Assembly: GCA_963845755.1 (NCBI GenBank)
Contig: CAWJTV010000031.1
Span: 32,001 to 96,000, forward strand
From: an uncultured Planctomycetota bacterium
GTDB taxonomy: Bacteria; Planctomycetota; Planctomycetia; Isosphaerales; Isosphaeraceae
Length of the DNA: 64,000 nucleotides
Direction: 5' to 3'
Shown piece after piece: positions 30,873-40,301 of this stretch; the first letter of the stretch is position 1, and each line of letters begins with the position of its first letter. Below the pieces are notes generated by a model. That model did no database searches. It saw only the letters and a program-made list of their open reading frames with translations, and was not told the origin of the DNA. The position numbers and the translations under genes are program-made.

Positions 30873-31889
30873 ATGAGACGACTCAGTATCGCCGAAGCGC
30901 TGCGGGAGGGGATCGCCGAGGAGATGCGGCGGGACGCGTCCGTATTCTGCATGGGCGAGGACATCGCCGTGCCGGGCGGATGGGGCGGCGCGTTCACTGT
31001 CACGCTCGGCATGGAGGAGGAATTCCCTGACCGCATGCTGAATACCCCCATCGCCGAGCTGGGGTTCTTCGGCGCGGCCGTCGGGGCGGCGATCATGGGC
31101 ATGCGCCCGATCGTCGATGTTCAGTACGGCGATTTCCTCTTCCTGGCGATGGATCAAATCGTCAACAACGCCGCCAAGTTGCGGTACATGTCCGGCGGCT
31201 CGATATCGGTCCCGATGGTGATGCGCGCCCCCGTCGGCGCCACCGGCCGTGGCGCCCAGCACGCCCAGAACATGGAGCGCTACTTTACGGGGGTGCCGGG
31301 GATCAAGGTGGTCGCCGTGTCCAATGCCTACGATGCGAAGGGGATCCTCAAGTCGGCCGTCCGCGACGATAACCCGGTGTTGATCTTCGAGCACAAATTG
31401 CTTTATGGCTCCAAAGGCGCACGGACCGAGCCGGGCGCCGTGGACGCCACCAGCGAAGTGCCGGAAGGTGATTATGCGTTGCCTTTGGATCGCGCCGCCC
31501 TGCGTCGCGCGGGCCACGATGTCACGATCCTCGCCTGGCTACTGATGGCCCATTTCGCCGTTCAAGCCTCGGAGCGGCTCGCGACGGAAGGCGTTGACGC
31601 GGAGGTCATCGACGTCCGTAGCCTTTCACCCGTCGACTATGAGACGATCGGCGTCTCGGTGGAGAAGACGGGGCGCGTGGTCATCGTCGAAGAAGGGCCG
31701 AAGACGGGCGGCGTCGGTGCCGAAATCGCTGCGGGAATCATGGAACGGTTCGGAGAAAGTCTCCTGGTGCCTGTAGTACGAGTTGCCTCGGCCGATGTCC
31801 CCGTGCCGTTCTCGCCGGTGCTCGAGAATGCTTACCGGCCGGATCCCTCGCGGATCGTCGAAGGCGTACGAGTTGCATTGAGGTCGTGA
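30873..31889 (+). CDS. TPP-dependent dehydrogenase E1 beta subunit
   Basis: EALREGIAEEMRRD, MGEDI, NTPIAELG, GAQHAQ, FEHKLLY and IDVRSLSP. Confidence 0.92.
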   Translation: MRRLSIAEALREGIAEEMRRDASVFCMGEDIAVPGGWGGAFTVTLGMEEEFPDRMLNTPIAELGFFGAAVGAAIMGMRPIVDVQYGDFLFLAMDQIVNNAAKLRYMSGGSISVPMVMRAPVGATGRGAQHAQNMERYFTGVPGIKVVAVSNAYDAKGILKSAVRDDNPVLIFEHKLLYGSKGARTEPGAVDATSEVPEGDYALPLDRAALRRAGHDVTILAWLLMAHFAVQASERLATEGVDAEVIDVRSLSPVDYETIGVSVEKTGRVVIVEEGPKTGGVGAEIAAGIMERFGESLLVPVVRVASADVPVPFSPVLENAYRPDPSRIVEGVRVALRS

Positions 31890-31941
31890 TTCTCGAATCA
31901 GCACACAAGGCAAGTGCCGGGACATCGAAGAGTGCGGCACA

Positions 31942-33411
31942 TCATTCGTTCGTGTCCTCGCCGGTGGCCGATAGCGGCGAGGCGATCTCCTCGAGCGATG
32001 ACCGCTCGGCCTTGACGCCGTACAGCCAGACCACGAAGACCGTGAGCAGCAGGAGGGCCGAGGCGAAGAGGTTCCCGTAGAAGAGGTGACTCCGCAGGCC
32101 GCTGTCGATGAGGTGGCCGAATAGCCAGGGGGCCAGCGTTCCACCGATGAGCGTGCCCACGGCGTAGAACAGCGCGATCACCATGCCGCGAAGCTCGATC
32201 GGGAAGATTTCGCTGACGGTTAAGTAGGCCGAGCTTGCGGCCGAAGAGGCGAAGAAGAAGACGCAAGCCCAGAGCGCCGTCTGGGTCGTGGGAGTGAGTC
32301 AACCTGCCACGAAGAGGTAGCCGGTCAGTGCCAGCAGCACCGCGGAGATCGTGTAGGTTCCGCCGATCATCGGCCTGCGTCCGATCGTGTCGAAGAACCG
32401 CCCCAGGAGCAAGGGTCCCAGGAAATTGCTGAGCGTGAACGGGAGCAGGTAGAGGCCGGTGCGATCGGGCAAGACCCCATAGAAGTTGCTGAGCACCAGC
32501 GGAAAGGTGAAGTACAGGCCGTTATAAAGGAACGCTTGCGAGACGATCAGCGCCAGGCCCAGTACCGTGCGCGTGGGATAGGTTCGCAGCATGACCGCTG
32601 CGAGCTCGCCGAAGCCGACCGGACCGCGGGGACGGATGGTGATCGAACCCTGCGGCGGCGGGAGCTTCTTGGCCCCAGGTGTACTCTCGATGGCTTCCTC
32701 GATCTCCGAGACGACCCGCTCGGCCTCTTCGGACTGGCCGTGCGTTAGCAGCCACCGGGGACTCTCCGGGACATAATGGCGAAGGAAGACGATCGTCAGT
32801 CCCAGGACCGCTCCGATGCCGAATCCCAGCCGCCAGCCGAGATCCGGCCGGAATATGGACGGATTGAGAAGAAGTACACTCGCGAAGGAACCGGCCGCCG
32901 CTCCCACCCAGAAGGTCCCGTTGATCGCTAGGTCAGCTTGACCCCTGAGCCTGCTGGGGATCAGTTCGTCGATGGCCGAGTTGATCGCCGAGTATTCCCC
33001 GCCGATCGCCGCTCCTGTCAAGAAACGGAACAATGCAAAGCTCGCGAAGTTCCACGAGAGGGCGGTCAAGAAGGCCGACACCAGGTACAGAACCAACGTC
33101 ACCGAGAAGAGTTTTTTCCGTCCGAGTCGGTCGGTCAGGTAGCCGAATACCAGCGCCCCAAGCACGGCCCCCGATAGGTAGGCCGAATTCAACAGGCCGA
33201 GCTGTGACCCGCTCAAGTGCAGACTTTGCGGCTCCTGCAGTATCGCACTGAACGAGGCGATCATCGTGACCTCGAGGCCATCGATGATCCAGGTAATCCC
33301 CAACGCGCTGACCACCATGACGTGCCAACGGCTCCACGGCAGGCGATCCAGCCGAGCGGGGACGTTCGATCGAAAGGTCTGCTTCTTCTCGATGCCGACG
33401 GCCGTGCTCAT
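31942..33411 (-). CDS. MFS transporter; frameshift at about 32300
   Basis: ARLDRLPWSRWH, LTDRLGRKKLF, GGEYSAINSAIDEL and PESPRWL; the next frame continues ASSAASSAYLTVSEIFPIELRG. Confidence 0.9.
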
Positions 33412-33495
33412 GCTCGACCTCATCTCCGATGACGGGGCGCATCATCTGTGCCCGATTCAACCGGCCCAATGCTCCAGTGCTCGCTCTCGAAAGAA

Positions 33496-33511
33496 TGCAA
33501 AGGCTGTTCCG
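33496..33511 (-). promoter_or_regulatory. Possible sigma54 promoter for the MFS gene
   Basis: The minus strand reads CGGAAC-AGCCT-TTGCA, keeping GG-N10-GC spacing. Confidence 0.35.
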
Positions 33512-33593
33512 GCAAGGGATCTCGAGTTGGCGAGCGAACCCGCCGGTGCGTACCCGATCGAGTTCGAGCCATGGACAGGAAACTGGAGCAGTT

Positions 33594-33609
33594 TGGCACA
33601 CCAGTTGCA
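33594..33609 (+). promoter_or_regulatory. Sigma54 (-24/-12) promoter
   Basis: TGGCAC-ACCAG-TTGCA is a perfect consensus, about 25 nt upstream of ATG 33635. Confidence 0.75.
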
Positions 33610-33634
33610 ATGAATCCGCGTCGGAGGTGAGACC

Positions 33635-33820
33635 ATGAAAACCAAGTCCGAATTCCTGGTGACGCTCTCGGATGAGTTGCTCGAGTGCCTTCGGGCAAGA
33701 GCGCGAGAGTTGCATGTCCCCTTGAAGTATCTCGTGGCCAGCTTGGTCTGCGATACGATCGAGCCAGTAACGATCGGCCTGGACGAACGGAGGTCGCGGC
33801 CAACCTACGATATCGCGTGA
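33635..33820 (+). CDS. 61-aa small protein, ribbon-helix-helix-like
   Basis: GGAGGTGA RBS and sigma54 promoter; beta-alpha-alpha pattern FLVTLSDELLECLRARARELHVPLKYLVASLV. Confidence 0.65.
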   Translation: MKTKSEFLVTLSDELLECLRARARELHVPLKYLVASLVCDTIEPVTIGLDERRSRPTYDIA

Positions 33821-33907
33821 GCAATACGCTGCCTTCGCGGTGAGCCGCGTCGGCAAGGCTTTTTGTCGTTTCTTCATGTGAATCGATTCAACCTAAGAGC
33901 CGGACCC

Positions 33908-34168
33908 ATGAAACAACCCAACGTCTCTGTCTACGGATCTCGCAACTGCCCTGACACGACTCGCGCCCTGAGGCTCCTCGAGAACCAGCAGATTGCGTAC
34001 GAGTTCAAAGATCTCGACGAGTCCCCCGAGCTGAATGGCTATGTCGCCGATTTGAATGGTGGCAAACGCGTGATGCCGACTATTCAGATCGATAACGCGA
34101 TCTTGATCAATCCCGATGATCGCGAGCTGAATTCCGTACTCCAGCAAGCGGCCGCCGAGCGGCCGTAG
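33908..34168 (+). CDS. Glutaredoxin/NrdH/mycoredoxin-like protein (CPDT)
   Basis: VSVYGSRNCPDT, IAYEFKDLD and GKRVMPTIQI..LINP. Confidence 0.85.
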   Translation: MKQPNVSVYGSRNCPDTTRALRLLENQQIAYEFKDLDESPELNGYVADLNGGKRVMPTIQIDNAILINPDDRELNSVLQQAAAERP

Positions 34169-34685
34169 AAGGCGCTTTCCGCGTACTCGACACGCCTTCC
34201 CGCGATCGGTCTCGTCTCGCAGGACTTGGGACAGACCGTCAGGGGAAAGGCGTTTCAGTCCCCATCTCGCCTTGTCTCCTCTCGACGATCATGTTCGTGA
34301 CTCATATCGGGCCTCTCGACGCATCCGTCCCGGTCCTCAGTCAAGAAACCTACCCAAGCATGGGATGATGCACAAAACCCCTTCGCGCCGTTTGATGGCG
34401 TATCCTGCACTTCACGGCTCGTTTCCGATCGGAGAGAATCACCCAAGGTTCTCCTGGCCTGTTCTGACCGCACGACGATTCCGTTGCGCCTTCGGCGACT
34501 CCGAGGACGCTGCGGTTTGAATTGAGCAGGCAAGTGGACATCTGACCGCGACGTCAAAATAAAATCATTGTCACGAGCGAAGATCCCAGCGACTTGCTGA
34601 ATACCGTGCCCGTTCAACAACCGGCGGATCGGGATCCTCGGGTGACCATCGCCCAGCCATTGGACCTGCAACGGGAGCTCTCGTC

Positions 34686-36350
34686 GTGTCTGAAGGTCTC
34701 AAGCGCGTCTACGGGATCGACCTGGGAACCACCTATTCCGCGATTGCGTATGTGGACGAGCACGGGAAGCCCGTCATCATTCCGAACCAGGAGAGCGAGC
34801 GGATCACACCATCCGTCGTCCTCTTTGATGGCGACAACATCATCGTAGGAAACACCGCCAAGGAGTCGGCGAAGGTCGAGCCACACCGCGTTGTGGCGCG
34901 GATCAAGCAGCACATGGGTGATCCCAACTTCGTATTCGAATACGAGGGCCAGGCGTTCAGCCCCGAGGACATCTCATCGTTTATCTTGCGCAAGGTGGTG
35001 GGCGACGCCGAGATCGCCCTGGGAGACAAGATCAGCGATGTCGTGATCACGTGCCCGGCCTACTTCGGCACGCCCGAACGTGAGGCGACCGCCAATTCCG
35101 GCCGCCTGGCTGGCCTGAATGTCCGCGCCATCTTGAACGAACCGACCGCCGCTGCCATCGCCTATGGACTCGAGCAGGGTGAAGATCAGGTCGTGCTGGT
35201 CTACGACCTGGGTGGCGGCACCTTCGACATCACCATGATCGAGATCAAGGACCGCCTGATCCGGGTGATCTGCACCGGGGGAGACCATCGTCTGGGCGGC
35301 GTTTTGTGGGATGAGGCAATCGTGATGTACCTCGCCGAGCAGTTCCGGACGCAGACCGGTGAATCGTCGGACCCGCTGGACGATCCCGAGGTCCTCAACG
35401 ACCTGTTCCTCCAGGCGGAGCGCGGCAAGAAGACGCTCACCCAGCGCGAGAAGGCGCCATTCCGCGTGACGCACGCCGGCAACCAGGCCCGGGTCGAGCT
35501 CGACCGGGACAAGTTCGAGGAGATCACCAAGCACTTGCTCGACCGGACCATCGAGCTGACGCATGAGATGCTGGCCGATGCCCGGGGCAAGGGCTATACC
35601 CAGTACGACAAGATCATCCTGGTCGGCGGGGCAACCCGCATGCCGCAGGTTCGAGATCGACTGGTCGCCGAACTCAACCTTGAGCCGGAGATCTACGACC
35701 CCGATGAGGCCGTTGCCAAGGGCGCGGCGCTTTATGCGCTCAAGGAGTCGCTCCTGGAACAGGTCCAGGACGTCCTCGCGACACGTGCCGAAGCGGATGG
35801 TCAGAAGGCCGGGCCGGTCGATCTGGCGCAAGTCTCCGAGGAACAAGTCGCCGAGGCATTGGATCACCTCGAGAAAGAGCTTGGCTTTACCTTGACCGGT
35901 CCGGTCCGCGAACTGGTCAATACCCAGATCGTGAACGTCCTGAGTAAGAGCCTGGGCGTGGTGGCCCGCGATACCCAGAGCCAGGACGTAGTCGTCTATC
36001 TCCTGCCTCGCAATTCCGAGGTGCCCCTGGAGCGCATGACCGACTTTGGCACGGATGCCGACAATCAAGGGGCCGTCGACATTCGCGTGATGTCGGGAGA
36101 ACGCGACAGCGCCGACCCGCTCGATTGTCAGGAGGTGGGGATCGCCACGCTCAACCTGCCGGAGCGGCTTCCGGCCCGCAGCCCGATCCGGGTCAAGTTC
36201 GCGATCAATCGGGATGGAAGGCTCGGCGTCTCGGCCACCGACTTGACCGGCGGCGGCTCGATCGACGTCGAGTTTGAGACCGAGGCCGTCATGAACGCCG
36301 AGGAAGTCGCCGAACGCTCCACGGCGCTGCGGTTGCTCAATGTATCGTGA
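34686..36350 (+). CDS. Atypical Hsp70/DnaK-family protein (no lid; helical insert before the SBD)
   Basis: GIDLGTTYS, TPSVV, ITCPAYF, NEPTAAA, YDLGGGTFD, LVGGATRMP and DPDEAVAKGAA; 554 aa. Confidence 0.92.
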   Translation: MSEGLKRVYGIDLGTTYSAIAYVDEHGKPVIIPNQESERITPSVVLFDGDNIIVGNTAKESAKVEPHRVVARIKQHMGDPNFVFEYEGQAFSPEDISSFILRKVVGDAEIALGDKISDVVITCPAYFGTPEREATANSGRLAGLNVRAILNEPTAAAIAYGLEQGEDQVVLVYDLGGGTFDITMIEIKDRLIRVICTGGDHRLGGVLWDEAIVMYLAEQFRTQTGESSDPLDDPEVLNDLFLQAERGKKTLTQREKAPFRVTHAGNQARVELDRDKFEEITKHLLDRTIELTHEMLADARGKGYTQYDKIILVGGATRMPQVRDRLVAELNLEPEIYDPDEAVAKGAALYALKESLLEQVQDVLATRAEADGQKAGPVDLAQVSEEQVAEALDHLEKELGFTLTGPVRELVNTQIVNVLSKSLGVVARDTQSQDVVVYLLPRNSEVPLERMTDFGTDADNQGAVDIRVMSGERDSADPLDCQEVGIATLNLPERLPARSPIRVKFAINRDGRLGVSATDLTGGGSIDVEFETEAVMNAEEVAERSTALRLLNVS

Positions 36351-36399
36351 ACGTGGCAGAATGTTAGGGTTCTGCCAACCTCGAGATTGGGGCTGTTCC

Positions 36400-36768
36400 A
36401 TGCAAACCACCGCGACCGAGGTCTTGCCCGAGATCGTGCGACGGCTCGTGGCCGAGTTCGACCCGGAGGAGATCATCCTGTTCGGGTCGCGCGCCTGGGG
36501 AAACCCGCGGCTGGATAGCGATGATGACGTCTGGGTGTTCGTCTCGGACGCGCATGAGAAGCCGACGCGGCGCGCGACACGGGGCTAACGTTGCTTGCGA
36601 GGGATTCCCGTGCCCACGGATTTGATCGTGAGTACCCGAGCGGAGTTTGAGCGATTCAGCCGCGTGCCTGCCTCACTTCAAGCGGAGGTTGTCGAGCGAG
36701 GAAGGGTCTTATATGGACGAGGCGAAGCGCGAGTTGGTTCAGGGCTGGCTTCTCAAGGCGTCGGATGA
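36400..36768 (+). pseudogene. Minimal nucleotidyltransferase (MNT antitoxin) with a premature TAA at 36586
   Basis: IILFGSRAWG..RLDSDDD; homology continues past the stop (RCLRGIPVPTDLIV...GRVLYG) to about 36717. Confidence 0.8.
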
Positions 36769-37131
36769 TCTCGGGGCAGCTCGACTGATTACTCAGAACG
36801 ATCGATCCTTCCCTGGAGTGACCATCTATCATTGCCAACAGGCCGCGGAAAAAGCGCTGAAGGGCTTTCTGGTCTAGTGGGACCAGCATTTGCTGAAGAC
36901 CCACAACCTGGTGTCGCTTCTCCAGCAGGTTGCGGAGATTGAACCCGAGTTCCTCATGTGGGAAGAGGCTGCGGCTCGACTGACGCCGTATGCCACGTAG
37001 TATCGCTACCCCGCGGACACGCTCGCCGGACCGGACCCGAGGAAGTGGATGAGGCGCTGGATGATGCCGCCTTCATCCATAACCAGGCGCTTGGCTTTCT
37101 TCCGACGGAAGTACACCCCGATTCCGACTGA
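36713..37131 (+). pseudogene. HEPN-domain protein with two TAG stops and a frameshift
   Basis: WLLKASDDLGAA, YHCQQAAEKALKGFL, KTHNL and LTPYAT*YRYP; stops at 36875 and 36998, frameshift at about 37030. Confidence 0.8.
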
Positions 37132-37238
37132 AGCCGGAGAGAACGAGTCATGACTATAGTCACCGAAATCTCGAGGATGCCGCTCGATGCCGAGCATCGA
37201 TTGAGGATCCGGGAAATCTGCTGAGGGGATTGGATCTG

Positions 37239-39341
37239 ATGGCCACCTTCGTCGGCATCGACCTGGGAACGACGAACTCGGCGGTGGCCTGCCGCAATGC
37301 CTACGGCCGGCCCGAGGTGATCGCCAACCGCGAAGGGCAGAGCATCACGCCGTCGGTCGTCTATTTCGGGACCGATCCACCCGTCGTCGGCCAGGAGGCC
37401 AAGGAGTGGGCTCGTCTGGGCAACGAGGAGATCGCCAGCTTCTTCAAGCCCCACATGGGCAATCCGCTGTTTCAACTCCAGTTCCATGGGAAGTCGTACT
37501 CCGCTACCGCTCTGTCGACGATGGTCCTGAGCCGGCTCAAGGAAGACGCCGAGTCCCGCCTGGGTGAATCAGTCGATCGGGCCGTGATCACGGTTCCGGC
37601 TTACTTCGCCGATCCACAGCGCAAGGCCACCATCGAGGCGGGCACCGCGGCCGGGCTCCAGGTGATGCGGATCATCAATGAGCCGACAGCCGCCGCGCTG
37701 GCCTATGGGCTCCAGCGGAGCGGTGTCGAGGAGACGATACTCATCTACGACCTGGGCGGCGGCACGTTCGACGTGACCGTCGCGCGGATCACACCCGCCG
37801 AGATCCTGATCCTGTCCACGGCCGGGGATCACGATCTAGGCGGCAAGAACTGGGACGATCGGATCGCGACGTCCCTTTCCGAACGGTTCGCGGCCGAGAC
37901 CGGATTCGATCCGCTCGACGATCCCGTCGCTCTCAACGAGGTCCTGGTCCGGAGCGAGCAAGCCAAGTGGTCCTTGTCCGAGCGGATCTCGACGCGCGTC
38001 ACCCTTCAGCTTGGCACGGAGCGACGGACGTTCGAGCTGAGTCGCGTCGATTTCGAGGCGATGACGCTCTCGCTCATGGAACGGACGCGGCGCTTGACCG
38101 AGGAAGCCCTGGGTGAAGCCGGCCTCAGTTGGGAACGGCTCGATGGTGTGCTCTTGGTCGGCGGCTCGACGCGGATGCCGATGGTCCGCACTTACGTGTC
38201 CCAGATGTCCGGGAAGCCGCCGCGCGCCGGAGTGAATGTCGACGAGGTCGTCGCGCTGGGTGCGGCCATCCAGGCGGCGATCGAGGTGGGTCAGAGCATC
38301 GGAGACGCCGTCCCTCGATTCACACTTGGAACGACTGGCCCAAGAACGGTCGAGGCTAACCTCCAGACGGGCGGGCGGCGTGTGACCGATGTCATGTCGC
38401 ACAGCCTCGGGACGATCGCCGTCAGCCCCGATGGCTCAGCCTATGTCAATGACCTCGTGATTCGGCGCAACGTGCCGATCCCGGCCAGCGACACCAAGTC
38501 GTATCTCCACGAGACCCACGGAGGTGCCAATGCTCGGCTCGAGGTCTACCTGACACAAGGCGAAAGCGCCGAGCCGCTCGACTGCACGGTCCTGGGCAAA
38601 TACGTATTCGAGGAAATCCAGCCGACCAGCTCGGAGGTCACGATCGACGTCAGCCTATCCTACGACTCCAACGGCGTCGTGCAGGTCCAGGCCGTTCAAC
38701 GAGATACGGCACGCCGGCTGCCGATGAACGTGGAGCCGGTGCCCGACGATTTGTCTTGGCTCGGCCGACCGCCCGAACGGACGGTGAAAGCCGCGGAGCC
38801 AGAGCTGATCCGGGTCTTTCTCCTCATCGACGGCTCGTCGAGCATGACCGGCCAGCCGCTGGCCGAGGCGCAGACGGCCGCGCGTGAGTTCTTGTCGAGG
38901 TGCGACTTCACCACCATGGAAGTGGGACTGATCTCCTTCTCGACCCTGGTCGCGCTTCAGGCCGCGGCGACCAGCAACGTGAGGCGGCTTCATGCCGCTG
39001 TCCATCGACTCGAGGCCGAGGGGAGCACGAACCTGACCGATGCCCTGGAGATGGTGCGGGGCCAGCTCGTGAGCAACGATCGCAAGCGCTACATCATCAT
39101 CTTGACCGACGGGTATCCCGACGCGCCGGAAAGCGCGATCGAACAGGCCATCGCCGCGCGTCGCGATGGGATCGAGATCGTGGCGATCGGCACCGGCGAC
39201 GCTGATCGCGATTACCTGCGGCGCCTGGCCAGCAGCGAGCAGGCCTCGATCTTCGCCCGGAGCGGGGAGCTAGTCCAGACGTTCGGACATATCGCCCGGG
39301 TCATCGCCGAGGGAGGCCGCGGCTTGCGGGTCTTGTCATGA
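37239..39341 (+). CDS. Hsp70-family protein fused to a C-terminal vWA domain
   Basis: GIDLGTTNS, ITVPAYF, NEPTAAA, DLGGGTFD and LVGGSTRMP; vWA LLIDGSSSM, GSTN and ILTDGYP. Confidence 0.92.
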   Translation: MATFVGIDLGTTNSAVACRNAYGRPEVIANREGQSITPSVVYFGTDPPVVGQEAKEWARLGNEEIASFFKPHMGNPLFQLQFHGKSYSATALSTMVLSRLKEDAESRLGESVDRAVITVPAYFADPQRKATIEAGTAAGLQVMRIINEPTAAALAYGLQRSGVEETILIYDLGGGTFDVTVARITPAEILILSTAGDHDLGGKNWDDRIATSLSERFAAETGFDPLDDPVALNEVLVRSEQAKWSLSERISTRVTLQLGTERRTFELSRVDFEAMTLSLMERTRRLTEEALGEAGLSWERLDGVLLVGGSTRMPMVRTYVSQMSGKPPRAGVNVDEVVALGAAIQAAIEVGQSIGDAVPRFTLGTTGPRTVEANLQTGGRRVTDVMSHSLGTIAVSPDGSAYVNDLVIRRNVPIPASDTKSYLHETHGGANARLEVYLTQGESAEPLDCTVLGKYVFEEIQPTSSEVTIDVSLSYDSNGVVQVQAVQRDTARRLPMNVEPVPDDLSWLGRPPERTVKAAEPELIRVFLLIDGSSSMTGQPLAEAQTAAREFLSRCDFTTMEVGLISFSTLVALQAAATSNVRRLHAAVHRLEAEGSTNLTDALEMVRGQLVSNDRKRYIIILTDGYPDAPESAIEQAIAARRDGIEIVAIGTGDADRDYLRRLASSEQASIFARSGELVQTFGHIARVIAEGGRGLRVLS

Positions 39342-40264
39342 ATTCGGTCAGCACGTCCGGTCCAGGGGCGACCACATTGTCCTCCCGGGTTCGCTCAGTG
39401 CGGGCGAACCTTCGGCAAGCCTATGATCTGGCGGTGACCGGCGGCCTGGGGGCGCTGTTCGGACTGTACCTCTACGTCGAACTGGTCCAGGCCGAATCCG
39501 TCTATGTGCGCGACGCCTTGGCGGGGCTCTTGATCGGGGGCTCGCTAGGTTTCTTCCTGAATGCTTACGGTCCGCTTCGCGACGGGGCCTGGAAAAAGCT
39601 AGCCCATGCCGTTGCCTGGGGTGCACCGGCCGCGGCCCTGGGTGGTGCGATCGGATTGGTCGCCGGGGAGTTGATCATTGGTCTACTGCGAGGCGGCCTG
39701 CTGGGGCGAGCTCTCTCATGGGCCGTGCTGGGCCTGGGGATCGGGTTGGGTCAGGGCCTGGCCGACCGGTCACGCGACAGGCTGATCTACGGGCTGGTCG
39801 GTGGCGGCCTCGGGGGCGTCCTGGGCGGATTCTTCTTCGAGTTGCTCGGCTCCGCGGTGCGGAATCGACCCGATGCGAGTGGCGCTGTGGGCGTCATCCA
39901 GGCGATCGGGATTGTCATCCTGGGCGCCGGCCTGGGCCTCTGTCTGGCCCTGGTCGAGCAGGTCCTGCGTCGCGCGTGGATTCAGGTCACGAACGGCCGC
40001 CAGGAAGGGCGGATCTATCTCCTGGCCCATCCGCGATGCCGTCTGGGCCTGGATGAACGCGCCGAGATCGGGATCTTCGGTGATGCTTCAGTCGCACGCC
40101 GTCATGCCGAGATCGAAGCAACCTCGCGCGGCTATCTCCTCCACCACCTCGCGGCGCCGGGGGCGACTCGGGTCAACGGAACACCAGTCGCGAGTCCGCA
40201 GGTCTTGAATGACGGCGATCGGATCGAACTGGGACGCATCCTCCTGATCTTCCGGCAGCGTTAG
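39338..40264 (+). CDS. Gly-rich multi-pass membrane protein with a C-terminal FHA-like domain
   Basis: ATGA overlap; about 6 Gly-rich TMs, then LGLDE...VARRHAEI...TRVNG...LNDGDRIELG. Confidence 0.85.
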   Translation: MNSVSTSGPGATTLSSRVRSVRANLRQAYDLAVTGGLGALFGLYLYVELVQAESVYVRDALAGLLIGGSLGFFLNAYGPLRDGAWKKLAHAVAWGAPAAALGGAIGLVAGELIIGLLRGGLLGRALSWAVLGLGIGLGQGLADRSRDRLIYGLVGGGLGGVLGGFFFELLGSAVRNRPDASGAVGVIQAIGIVILGAGLGLCLALVEQVLRRAWIQVTNGRQEGRIYLLAHPRCRLGLDERAEIGIFGDASVARRHAEIEATSRGYLLHHLAAPGATRVNGTPVASPQVLNDGDRIELGRILLIFRQR

Positions 40265-40301
40265 CCCGGCTTGATCCCCTATCTCCTGTGAGCATTCGTC
40301 C

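Noticed and set aside
34170..34685. CIRCE or other heat-shock element upstream of Hsp70
   Set aside because: No TTAGCACTC-N9-GAGTGCTAA is present; only weak promoter-like hexamers near 34535-34565.
34974..36476. 500-aa ORF antisense to Hsp70
   Set aside because: Long antisense ORFs opposite dnaK-family genes are a known codon-bias artefact, and this one has no motifs of its own.
36400..37131. Stop-codon readthrough or recoding in MNT-HEPN
   Set aside because: Both TAA and TAG occur along with a frameshift, and other genes here use both as normal stops.
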